60,097 nt of DNA from Candidatus Omnitrophota bacterium (GTDB lineage: Bacteria > Omnitrophota > Gorgyraeia > Gygaellales > Profunditerraquicolaceae): contig QZKH01000006.1 of the NCBI GenBank assembly GCA_003598025.1, positions 313,930-374,026 of the forward strand, given 5' to 3'. The notes beneath the pieces were generated by a model, which saw only the letters and a program-made list of their open reading frames with translations, did no database searches and was not told the DNA's origin. Shown here piece after piece: positions 9,578 through 18,285 of the stretch (position 1 is the first letter of the stretch; every line of letters starts with the position of its first letter). The translations under genes and the position numbers were made by a program.

Positions 9578-10942
9578 ATGACAAAGAAATTATGGGGTGG
9601 AAGGTTTAGTAAGAAAACCGATCCTTTGGTAGAAGAGTTTACCAAATCCGTACAATATGATTATAAACTGGCTGAGTGTGATATCATTGGCTCTGTTTTG
9701 CATGTCAGTGTTTTAAAATCAGCAGGTTACTTAAATGCACAAGAAGCAAAGAAGCTCACAAAAGAATTAGAGCAGATATCAGCTGGACTTAAGAGCGGCA
9801 AACTCAAGATTAATAAGAACGATGAGGATATCCATACTTTTATTCAGAATGCGCTGCAGAAGAAGGTAGGTAGTTTAGCTTTAAAGCTGCATACTGCCAG
9901 GTCAAGGAATGATCAGGTTGTATTCGCAACAAAATTATATTGTAAATTTGCTATTACAAAGCTTAATTGTAATATAGAGTCGTTAAAAGCTGCCCTAATT
10001 AATGTAGGTATGGAAAATGCTAAAGTGATATTACCCGGTTTTACACATATGCAGCATGCACAGCCTGTATCTCTTAAAGATTATTTTTCAGCGTATGAGG
10101 AAATGCTTGAAAGGGATAGCAAAAGATTGGATTATATTTTTGATAATCTGGAAATAAACATGGGCTCCGGAGCTCTTGCAGGAACGCCCATAATGGCAGG
10201 CGAGTATAGTATTAAGGCCGGGAAGCTAATAAAAACTTTAGGCCTGGATACAGAATTGAATATTCATCCGACTAACAATTCACTGGACACCGTAAGCGAC
10301 AGGGATTTCGTAATCGAGATTCTTAGCGTCTTAAGCACTATAGGTATGCATTTATCAAGGTTAGCCGAGGATTTGATTATATGGTCTACAAAGGAATTTG
10401 ACTTTGTTGAAATTGATGAATCTTTCTGTACGGGCAGCTCGCTTATGCCTCAAAAGAAGAATGCTGATACATTAGAGCTTATAAGGGGTTATTGTGGCAG
10501 GTTATATGGCAATTTAGTAAGTGTGTTAACGATGATGAAAGGCCTGCCTCTTACTTATAACAGGGATATGCAGCTGGATAAGGAGCCACTTTTTGATTCT
10601 TTTGAGATAGTTGAGAAAGAATTAAAGATACTTACCGGCCTTATCAGTACTTTGAGGTTTAACAAAGATAAGATCGAGGAACAGCTTAAGGATGAATCTC
10701 TGTATGCTACGGACTTGGTTTATTACCTGGTTAATAAAGGTGTAGCTTTTAAGGATGCGCATACGATTATCGGCAAGCTTGTTAAATACTCTCTTGATAA
10801 TTCCATTGAGATTAAAAGCATGCCGGAGAGCTTGCTTAAAAAATTCTCAGGTAAGATTGTGAAAAAAGATATAATAAAGCTATTTGACCCGAAAGTTTCA
10901 GTAAATTCCAAAAAGTCCATTAACAGGCAAAAAAGGAAATAG
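9578..10942 (+). CDS. argH: argininosuccinate lyase
   Basis: Fumarate-lyase signature GSSLMPQKKNADTLE plus N-terminal KLWGGRF. Confidence 0.95.
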   Translation: MTKKLWGGRFSKKTDPLVEEFTKSVQYDYKLAECDIIGSVLHVSVLKSAGYLNAQEAKKLTKELEQISAGLKSGKLKINKNDEDIHTFIQNALQKKVGSLALKLHTARSRNDQVVFATKLYCKFAITKLNCNIESLKAALINVGMENAKVILPGFTHMQHAQPVSLKDYFSAYEEMLERDSKRLDYIFDNLEINMGSGALAGTPIMAGEYSIKAGKLIKTLGLDTELNIHPTNNSLDTVSDRDFVIEILSVLSTIGMHLSRLAEDLIIWSTKEFDFVEIDESFCTGSSLMPQKKNADTLELIRGYCGRLYGNLVSVLTMMKGLPLTYNRDMQLDKEPLFDSFEIVEKELKILTGLISTLRFNKDKIEEQLKDESLYATDLVYYLVNKGVAFKDAHTIIGKLVKYSLDNSIEIKSMPESLLKKFSGKIVKKDIIKLFDPKVSVNSKKSINRQKRK

Positions 10943-10946
10943 CAGC

Positions 10947-12227
10947 ATGCATGAATTTAAATTCAGAAATAACCATTTTTTCTGTGAGAACGTAAAATTA
11001 GAGGATTTGGCTGAGAAATTCGGCACACCTCTTTATGTATATAGCTACCATACCTTGATCAGCCATTTTGTGAAATTACAGCAGGCTTTTAAGGCGGTTA
11101 ATCCTTTAATATGTTTCTCGGTAAAATCAAATTCTAATTTGGCTGTTCTTAAAGCCTTGGTTGATAAAGGCGCAGGCCTGGATATAGTCTCAGGAGGCGA
11201 GCTATACCGTGCGCTTAAGGTAGGCTGCCCGGCAGAAAAGATAGTTTATGCATCAGTCGGCAAAACTGATAAAGAGATAGAGGATGCTTTACGGGCAGGC
11301 ATATTGTTTTTTAATGTTGAATCTTTGCCTGAGCTTGCCAATATTAACCGTATTGCAGGTGCTTTAGGTAAAAAAGCGCAGGTAGCAATAAGGATAAACC
11401 CGGATGTAGAGGCGAAAACCCATAAATTCATAACCACCGGTAAAATTACTAATAAATTCGGTATTGATTTTGATTCTGCTTTAGGTTTCTTAAAACTAAG
11501 GAGTAAATTCTCCAATTTAAGAATATCAGGGATACATATTCATATAGGTTCTCAGATAACCGAAAGCGCGCCCTTTGTTGCTGCAATAAACAAAGTAGTA
11601 AAATTCATAAATGTTGCCCGCAGGCAGGGGATTGGGCTTAATTATTTGAATATAGGCGGAGGCCTAGGAATTATTTATGATAAAGAAACTCCCCAGACTG
11701 CCGCTAAATATGCTTCCAAGGTCCTGCCCTTGCTTAAAAATACCGGCTTAAAAATCATTCTTGAGCCGGGAAGGTTTATCGTAGGTAATGCCGGAGTATT
11801 AGTGACAAAAGTGCTTTATGTCAAATCGAGCCCCAAGAAAAAATTTGTTATTGTTGATGGCGGTATGAATGACCTTATCCGCCCGGCTTTATATGACGCT
11901 TATCACCAGATAGTTCCATTACACACAAGGTCACATGGTCACATGGTCGCAAGGTCACAAGAAAAAGTGGATGTTGTAGGGCCTATCTGCGAAAGCGGGG
12001 ATTTTTTTGCAAAAGAGAGGAAGCTGCCGAAACTGAAAGAAGGCGATTATCTTGCAGTAATGGGCGCAGGGGCATATGGTTTTAGCATGTCTTCCAATTA
12101 TAATTCACGTTTAAAGGCTGCTGAGGTATTGGTGGTCAAAGACAGGGTATTTTTGATAAGAAGAAGGGATTCTTATGATGACATAATCCGTAATGAGTCC
12201 ATTCCTTCTTTTTTGCTGGGGTTATAG
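10947..12227 (+). CDS. lysA: diaminopimelate decarboxylase
   Basis: Contains TPLYVYS, FSVKSN (PLP Lys), GGGLGI and VVGPICESGD. Confidence 0.9.
   Translation: MHEFKFRNNHFFCENVKLEDLAEKFGTPLYVYSYHTLISHFVKLQQAFKAVNPLICFSVKSNSNLAVLKALVDKGAGLDIVSGGELYRALKVGCPAEKIVYASVGKTDKEIEDALRAGILFFNVESLPELANINRIAGALGKKAQVAIRINPDVEAKTHKFITTGKITNKFGIDFDSALGFLKLRSKFSNLRISGIHIHIGSQITESAPFVAAINKVVKFINVARRQGIGLNYLNIGGGLGIIYDKETPQTAAKYASKVLPLLKNTGLKIILEPGRFIVGNAGVLVTKVLYVKSSPKKKFVIVDGGMNDLIRPALYDAYHQIVPLHTRSHGHMVARSQEKVDVVGPICESGDFFAKERKLPKLKEGDYLAVMGAGAYGFSMSSNYNSRLKAAEVLVVKDRVFLIRRRDSYDDIIRNESIPSFLLGL
11929..11960. repeat. tandem octamer array (GGTCACAT GGTCACAT GGTCGCAA GGTCACAA) inside lysA
   Basis: Four 8-nt units read in frame as ..RSHGHMVARSQ.. 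just upstream of the conserved VDVVGPICESGD. Confidence 0.85.
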
Positions 12228-12228
12228 C

Positions 12229-13038
12229 ATGAAAAAAGACGTACTTTTTACAAAGATGGTGGCTTCGGGGAATGACTTTGTGGTGATAGAAAATAGTTCG
12301 CGGTTCACTGTTCACAGTTCACGGAAATCGGTTCAGGATATTTGTGACAGGAAGTTTGGTGTCGGAGCTGATGGGGTATTAGTTCTTGAAAGAAGCAGAA
12401 GAGCAGACATACGCATGCGCATATTTAATGCTGACGGTTCTGAGGCGGAGATGTGCGGAAATGGGGCGAGGTGCGTTGCATTATATACAAGCCAGAAGCT
12501 GAGAAAAGAAAAACTCACTATAGAAACAAAAGCCGGAATACTCGATGCTATAGTCAAAAAGGATAATATCAAGATAAAGCTTACGGATCCGCAAAGCCTG
12601 AAATTAGACATGCCTGTTATTATGAAGAAGCGCAAGCTGAAAGTTAATTTTATAAATACGGGCGTGCCGCATGTTGTAATTTTTGTTGAGGGGTTAAATA
12701 ATCTTGATATAAAGCCGATATCGGTATTTATAAGGTACCATAAAAGGTTTATGCCTGCGGGGACAAACGTAGATTTTGTTGAAGTCTTAAATAAAGATTC
12801 TATCGCAATCCGTACTTACGAAAGAGGCGTTGAGGATGAAACCCTTGCCTGCGGCACAGGTTCAGTCGCTTCGGCATTGATATTTTCCGTAAAGTCCGGT
12901 TGCGGGAACAGGGTTAATGTCAAAACCAGGGCAGGAGAGATCCTTAAGGTGTATTTTAGCAAGAGGGCAAATAAATTTGAAGATGTATGGCTTGAAGGAA
13001 AGGCATATAAGGTGCACAAAGGAGCATATCATGTTTAA
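12229..13038 (+). CDS. dapF: diaminopimelate epimerase
   Basis: Contains KMVASGNDFVVI and the catalytic Cys contexts MCGNGARC and ACGTGS. The start is set at MKKDV; the ORF-track start at 12193 lies inside lysA. Confidence 0.85.
   Translation: MKKDVLFTKMVASGNDFVVIENSSRFTVHSSRKSVQDICDRKFGVGADGVLVLERSRRADIRMRIFNADGSEAEMCGNGARCVALYTSQKLRKEKLTIETKAGILDAIVKKDNIKIKLTDPQSLKLDMPVIMKKRKLKVNFINTGVPHVVIFVEGLNNLDIKPISVFIRYHKRFMPAGTNVDFVEVLNKDSIAIRTYERGVEDETLACGTGSVASALIFSVKSGCGNRVNVKTRAGEILKVYFSKRANKFEDVWLEGKAYKVHKGAYHV
12295..12324. repeat. tandem heptamer array (AGTTCGC GGTTCAC TGTTCAC AGTTCAC) inside dapF
   Basis: Four units translated in frame as SSRFTVHSSR, between the conserved GNDF and GVGADG blocks. 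Confidence 0.9.
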
Positions 13039-13909
13039 GGGGTCTATAGTTGCGATAGTAACACCGTTTAGGAACGGAAAAGTTGACGGTAAAAAATTCA
13101 GGGAGTTGATTGATTTTCAAATTAACAACGGCACCCAGGGGATTGTTCCTTGCGGGACTACCGGTGAATCAGCTACTTTATCTTTTGAAGAACACTCCCG
13201 AGTAATTGAGTTAGCTGTTGAGCAGGCAAAAGGCAGAGTCCCTGTTATTGCAGGCACAGGCTCAAATTCAACCGATGAAGCAGTAATGCTTACCAGGCAT
13301 GCCGCAGAAGCAGGGGCTGATGCTTCATTGCAGGTTTCGCCATATTACAACCGTCCGACTCAAAAAGGGCTGTATCAACATTTTAAAGCTATAGCGGATG
13401 CAGTTGATATCCCGATTATTCTTTATAATATCGCTTCAAGGACGGGGGTCAATATTGAACCTGAGACGATAGCAAAACTGGCAAGTGATTGTAAAAACAT
13501 TGTAGGCGTGAAGGAGGCATCAGGTAATCTTGATCAGATGGCAAGGATTAAGTTGTTATGCCCGGAGAACTTTGATCTGATTTCGGGTGACGACAGCCTG
13601 ACGCTGCCGATTCTAAGCATAGGTGGCACAGGCGTGATTTCTGTTGCTGCTAACATTGTGCCTAAAGATGTATCATGCCTTGTTTCAGAGTTCGAAAAGG
13701 GTAATATTGTCAAAGCCAGGAATATTCATCTCAAGCTGCTGCCTTTGATTAAAGCCTTGTTTATAGAAACAAACCCAATCCCGGTAAAGACTGCTATGGG
13801 ATTGATGGGTATGTGTGAGCCGGGACTAAGGCTTCCAATGACTGAGATGCTTCCGGAGAATTCGGAAAAACTAAGAAAAGCGCTTAGTGACTATAAGTTG
13901 ATAAGCTAA
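13031..13909 (+). CDS. dapA: 4-hydroxy-tetrahydrodipicolinate synthase
   Basis: Contains MFKGSIVAIVTPF, GTTGES and the Schiff-base Lys context VGVKEASG. The start is set at 13031; the ORF-track 12917 start overlaps dapF. Confidence 0.9.
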   Translation: MFKGSIVAIVTPFRNGKVDGKKFRELIDFQINNGTQGIVPCGTTGESATLSFEEHSRVIELAVEQAKGRVPVIAGTGSNSTDEAVMLTRHAAEAGADASLQVSPYYNRPTQKGLYQHFKAIADAVDIPIILYNIASRTGVNIEPETIAKLASDCKNIVGVKEASGNLDQMARIKLLCPENFDLISGDDSLTLPILSIGGTGVISVAANIVPKDVSCLVSEFEKGNIVKARNIHLKLLPLIKALFIETNPIPVKTAMGLMGMCEPGLRLPMTEMLPENSEKLRKALSDYKLIS

Positions 13910-13930
13910 GCGTAATTACAGGAGATAGTA

Positions 13931-14647
13931 ATGATTAAACTCGGGGTAGCAGGCGTTTGCGGGAAAATGGGAAAAAGGATAATTGAGCTTGCGTCTTTGG
14001 ACAGGGACTTTGAAGTTAATTTTGCTTTAGAGAGGAAAGGCATTCCTCAGATCGGCAAGGAATTAGGGAAAATAAAGATTTCTTCTAATCCTGACGGGCT
14101 GTTTCTTGTTGATGTTTTTATTGATTTTACCGTAGCTGATGCCAGCGAAGCCAATCTTGACTATGTGGCCAGGCACAAGAAAGCCCTTGTTTTGGGTACC
14201 ACTGGTTTTAATGAAAAACAAATAGAGAAAGTCAAAGAGGTTTCTAAAATTGTGCCGATAGTATTTTCGCCCAATATGTCTGTGGGCGTGAATGTCCTTT
14301 TTTCTATTTTACCCAAGATAGCTTCAGCTCTTGGCAAAGATTATGAAGTCGAAATAATAGAGGCGCATCACAAAAACAAGAAAGACTCGCCATCAGGTAC
14401 TGCAAAAAGAATGGGCCAGGTTTTGGCTGATACTACGAATAAGCAGATACCAATACACGCAGTCCGCCTTGGAGACATTATTGGTGACCATACAGTGATA
14501 TTTTGCGGTAATTCTGAGCGGATCGAGATTAAACACCAGGCTCATTCCCGCGACTTGTTCGTATTAGGAGCTTTAAAGGCGGCAAAATGGATTCACGGCA
14601 AGCCGGCAGGGTTATATACGATGGAGGAAGTATTAGCCAGTTCATAG
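13931..14647 (+). CDS. dapB: 4-hydroxy-tetrahydrodipicolinate reductase
   Basis: Contains GVAGVCGKMG and EAHHKNKKDSPSGTA. Confidence 0.85.
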   Translation: MIKLGVAGVCGKMGKRIIELASLDRDFEVNFALERKGIPQIGKELGKIKISSNPDGLFLVDVFIDFTVADASEANLDYVARHKKALVLGTTGFNEKQIEKVKEVSKIVPIVFSPNMSVGVNVLFSILPKIASALGKDYEVEIIEAHHKNKKDSPSGTAKRMGQVLADTTNKQIPIHAVRLGDIIGDHTVIFCGNSERIEIKHQAHSRDLFVLGALKAAKWIHGKPAGLYTMEEVLASS

Positions 14648-14668
14648 TTCATTGTTCACAGTTCATAG
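14639..14668. repeat. tandem heptamer array (AGTTCAT AGTTCAT TGTTCAC AGTTCAT)
   Basis: Four units. The dapB TAG stop (14645-14647) lies across the junction of the first and second units. Confidence 0.9.
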
Positions 14669-14684
14669 AATGATGGAGAAGGAG

Positions 14685-15845
14685 ATGTTTAAGATTTCTA
14701 AAAGATTAAATAGTTTACCACCGTATCTATTTGCGGAAATAGATAAGGCGAAAAGAAAAGCAAGGGCTCAGGGAAGGGATATTATTGATTTAGGTATCGG
14801 CGATCCTGACCAGCCGACCCCTAAACATATAATCGATGCGCTTTCTCTGGCAGCGAATGATGCCGCTAATCATAAATACGCCCTGGACCAGGGCATGCCT
14901 GTATTACGAAAAGCGATTTCTAATTGGTATAAAACAAGATTTTCGGTTGGCCTGGATTATGAAAACGAGGTTTTACCGTTAATAGGCTCAAAGGAAGGTA
15001 TTGCCCATTTCCCGCTTTCTTTCCTGAATGAGGGCGATTATGCCTTAGTCCCTGACCCATGTTATCCTCCATATAAAGGAGGGACTATACTTGCCGGGGG
15101 CAAACCTTATCTGATGCCTTTAAAAGAAAATAATGGGTTTTTGCCGGACCTCGGTAGTATACCTTCGGCAATAGTTAAGAAATCAAAAATAATGTTTCTT
15201 AATTATCCAAATAATCCTACAGGTGCTACGGCAGATAAAGATTTTTATAAACAAGCTGTTTTATTTGCTGCAAAGCATAAAATTATCATAGTTTCAGACC
15301 TGGCTTACTCTGAAATGGCATATGACGGTTACCGGCCTCCAAGTATTTTAGAAGTAGACGGCGCAAGGGATGTTGCGATAGAGTTTCATTCACTCTCTAA
15401 AACTTATAATATGACCGGTTGGAGGATAGGTTGGGCCTGTGGTAATGCCGGACTAATCCAGGCATTGGCAAAAGTAAAGTCAAATATTGATTCCGGGATA
15501 TTTTCAGCTATACAACTTGCAGGGGTTAGCGCATTAGAAAGCCCGGTTAAATTCATAGAAGATATGAGAGTGATATATTCAAAGAGAAGGGATGTTTTAG
15601 TCTCAGGGCTTAAAGAACTTGGTTTAGACCTGAACTTACCCAAAGCCACTTTTTATCTATGGATAAATACCCCTAAAAAAATGAAATCAATTGATTTTGC
15701 CAACATATTGCTTGAAAGAGCCGACTTAGTTGTTACCCCAGGAGTGGGTTTTGGCAAATATGGAGAAGGTTATATCCGTATGGCGCTTACCGTACCAGAA
15801 GACAGGTTAAAAGAGGCGGTAGCAAGGCTTAGAAAAGTAATTTAA
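14685..15845 (+). CDS. dapL: LL-diaminopimelate aminotransferase (class I/II PLP aminotransferase)
   Basis: N-terminus LPPYLFAEIDKAKRKARAQGRDIIDLGIGDPDQPTP, plus YPNNPTG and SLSKTYNMTGWRIG. Follows dapB. GGAGAAGGAG RBS sits before the ATG at 14685. Confidence 0.7.
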   Translation: MFKISKRLNSLPPYLFAEIDKAKRKARAQGRDIIDLGIGDPDQPTPKHIIDALSLAANDAANHKYALDQGMPVLRKAISNWYKTRFSVGLDYENEVLPLIGSKEGIAHFPLSFLNEGDYALVPDPCYPPYKGGTILAGGKPYLMPLKENNGFLPDLGSIPSAIVKKSKIMFLNYPNNPTGATADKDFYKQAVLFAAKHKIIIVSDLAYSEMAYDGYRPPSILEVDGARDVAIEFHSLSKTYNMTGWRIGWACGNAGLIQALAKVKSNIDSGIFSAIQLAGVSALESPVKFIEDMRVIYSKRRDVLVSGLKELGLDLNLPKATFYLWINTPKKMKSIDFANILLERADLVVTPGVGFGKYGEGYIRMALTVPEDRLKEAVARLRKVI

Positions 15846-16246
15846 TGGCAGTCTGTTATTTAGGCATAGGTTCTAATTTAGGAAACCGTAGAAAGAACAT
15901 CGAATTAGCTTTGAAAAAAATTAAGAGTATAAAAGGTTTAAAAATAATAGCTACCTCAAGTATCATATCTACAGCAGCAGTTGGCGGGCCTGTCAATCAA
16001 AACCGCTTTCTTAATTGCGCAGTAAAAATACTCATCAGAATCACTCCCCTCTATTTACTGAAAAAACTTAAAGAAATCGAGAAAGAGATGGGTCGCGTCA
16101 AGACTGTACGCAACGGCCCGCGTATAATCGATATAGATATACTTTTATTCGGTAATCTTATTATTAACAAGAAAGAGTTAAAGGTGCCGCATCCGAGGAT
16201 GTTCGAGCGTGATTTCGTAATGAGGCCGTTATTGGAATTGATATGA
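15845..16246 (+). CDS. folK: 2-amino-4-hydroxy-6-hydroxymethyldihydropteridine diphosphokinase
   Basis: Contains YLGIGSNLGNR, GPRIIDIDILL and HPRMFERDFV. Confidence 0.85.
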   Translation: MAVCYLGIGSNLGNRRKNIELALKKIKSIKGLKIIATSSIISTAAVGGPVNQNRFLNCAVKILIRITPLYLLKKLKEIEKEMGRVKTVRNGPRIIDIDILLFGNLIINKKELKVPHPRMFERDFVMRPLLELI

Positions 16247-17097
16247 AAGTCATTTGTTCGGTAAAAAAAATGCAGGAGATGTCTTTGTCTTTAAACAGAA
16301 AGGGGAAAACTATAGGTTTTGTCCCGACAATGGGAGCTTTGCATAAAGGGCACATAAGTTTGATTCGCAGGGCATCTTTGGATTCTGATGTGACAGTTGT
16401 CAGTATTTTTGTAAACCCTGCACAATTTTCTCCGAGCGAAGATTTCAAGAAATACCCCCGTGATTTCTCCCGCGACAAGAATATTTGCAAGAAAGAAAAA
16501 GTCGATGTGCTGTTTTATCCTTCGGCAGGCCAGATGTATCCTCCGGGTTATAATACGGTCGTAAAAGTCAGCCAGATGGATAATACGATGTGCGGTAAAT
16601 CAAGGCCGGGTCATTTTACGGGAGTAGCAACGGTAGTATTAAAGCTTTTAAATATAACCCAGCCTACAACCGCTTATTTTGGGCAGAAAGACGCACAGCA
16701 AGCCGCTGTAATACAGAGGATGAGCAAGGATTTAAACCTTCCTGTTAGGATCAAAGTTTTGCCTATAGTAAGAGATAATGACGGGTTGGCTTTAAGCTCA
16801 AGGAATTCTTATCTTGATAAGGGGCAGAGGCAGGATGCATTAATCCTCTACAGAGCCTTAATGCTGGCAAAAAATATGATCAAAGGCGGAGAAAAAGATG
16901 TTAAAAAGATAATCAGGGCGATGAATACCATGATATCCGGCAATAAGAATATCCGTCTGGATTATATTGTTATAGTTGACCCGTTAAATTTAAAGCCAAA
17001 AAATATATTAAGCGGAAATTGCCTTATAGCTTTAGCAGCCTGGCTAGGCAAGACCCGTCTAATCGATAATATTATTGTAAGGAACCAGGGTTTATGA
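16243..17097 (+). CDS. panC: pantoate--beta-alanine ligase
   Basis: Contains VPTMGALHKGHISL and YFGQKDAQQ. Confidence 0.9.
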   Translation: MKVICSVKKMQEMSLSLNRKGKTIGFVPTMGALHKGHISLIRRASLDSDVTVVSIFVNPAQFSPSEDFKKYPRDFSRDKNICKKEKVDVLFYPSAGQMYPPGYNTVVKVSQMDNTMCGKSRPGHFTGVATVVLKLLNITQPTTAYFGQKDAQQAAVIQRMSKDLNLPVRIKVLPIVRDNDGLALSSRNSYLDKGQRQDALILYRALMLAKNMIKGGEKDVKKIIRAMNTMISGNKNIRLDYIVIVDPLNLKPKNILSGNCLIALAAWLGKTRLIDNIIVRNQGL

Positions 17098-17918
17098 ATA
17101 GAAAATTAAAAATAGGCATAGCCGGATGCGGAGCCATAGGAAAAACTTTGGCTAAAATGATTATTAAAGATAATTCGCTCGGTGCAAGGTCGGTTTACCT
17201 TTTTGATATCGATGATTCAAAGAGCAGCAGTTTATCCGAAGGTATTTACGGTGATAACAGGGCCTCGGCCAGAAATATCGAGGAATTGATAAATAAATGC
17301 AACCTTATAGTAGAATGCGCTTCAAGCAAATCGGCTTATAGCATTGCTAAGAAATCCCTATCCTGCGGCAGAAACACATTAACCATGAGTGTTGCCGGGA
17401 TTATCGGCCATTATAGTGAGCTGGCAGCTCTGGCAGGCAAGAATAATTGCAGGCTTTTTATCCCAAGCGGAGCGATTGCCGGTCTCGATGCGGTAAAAGC
17501 ATACAAAACCATAGGAATTAAGAAAGTCACTCTTGTCACGACCAAGAACCCCCGTTCATTTAAAGGGGTAAAATATGTTGAAAATAAGCAGTTCTCGTTA
17601 GATAATATAAAAAAAGACAAAGTTTTATTTTATGGCAGCGCTTACGAAGCGGTAAAATATTTTCCGCAAAATGTAAATGTCGCTGCAGTTTTAAGCCTGG
17701 CCGGCATAGGCAGCAAGAAGACCTTGGTCAAAATCATAGCTTCACCATATATTTCAGAGAATATGCATGAGATTAAGCTGGAATCAACTGCCGGCAGGGT
17801 GAATATCCGAGTTGAGAATGTCGTGCATCCGAATAATCCCAAAACAAGCTATCTGGCTGTTCTTTCAGCATATGCAACTTTAAAACAGATAATGGACCCT
17901 GTCAGGGTCGGAACATAA
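17094..17918 (+). CDS. nadX: L-aspartate dehydrogenase
   Basis: Contains IGIAGCGAIG, PSGAIAGLDA and NPKTSYLAVLS, typical of the TM1643/NadX family. Confidence 0.65.
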   Translation: MNRKLKIGIAGCGAIGKTLAKMIIKDNSLGARSVYLFDIDDSKSSSLSEGIYGDNRASARNIEELINKCNLIVECASSKSAYSIAKKSLSCGRNTLTMSVAGIIGHYSELAALAGKNNCRLFIPSGAIAGLDAVKAYKTIGIKKVTLVTTKNPRSFKGVKYVENKQFSLDNIKKDKVLFYGSAYEAVKYFPQNVNVAAVLSLAGIGSKKTLVKIIASPYISENMHEIKLESTAGRVNIRVENVVHPNNPKTSYLAVLSAYATLKQIMDPVRVGT

Positions 17919-17948
17919 AATTTATAACGGGAGGAGGTGAAGAAGAAA

Positions 17949-18191
17949 ATGGCCGAGAAACTAGTGAAATTAGGGATAAAGCGCCAGAAGGGTTACCTTT
18001 ATTATGTTGACAAACAGGGTGACGTCTCCTGCGCTAAGATGGCAAGAGGTGCAAAAAAAGGAGGTAGCCCTAAGAAAGTAGCAAAGTGCGGTATCAAGAG
18101 AAAGGAAGGCTACCTTTATTTTATTGACAAAAAAGGTGATATATCTTGCGCCAAGATGAAAAGAGGCGGCAAGAAAAAGAAGAAGAGATAA
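17949..18191 (+). CDS. small lysine-rich protein made of two ~35-aa repeats (function unknown)
   Basis: GIKRQKGYLYYVDKQGDVSCAKMARG is repeated as GIKRKEGYLYFIDKKGDISCAKMKRG. GGAGG sits 11 nt before the ATG at 17949; a GTG at 17937 is an alternative start. Confidence 0.5.
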   Translation: MAEKLVKLGIKRQKGYLYYVDKQGDVSCAKMARGAKKGGSPKKVAKCGIKRKEGYLYFIDKKGDISCAKMKRGGKKKKKR

Positions 18192-18199
18192 ACACAGTA

Positions 18200-18269
18200 A
18201 AAAGCCCCTGTTGAATTTATAATGCATTTAATATAGCCTAGGCAGATTTACAGGGGCTTTTTATTTTGG
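18200..18269 (+). terminator. possible terminator (long-loop hairpin plus T-run)
   Basis: AAAAGCCCCTG (18200-18210) pairs with CAGGGGCTTTT (18251-18261), followed by TTATTTT. The 40-nt loop is atypical. Confidence 0.35.
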
Positions 18270-18285
18270 TATAATCAGCGGTATT

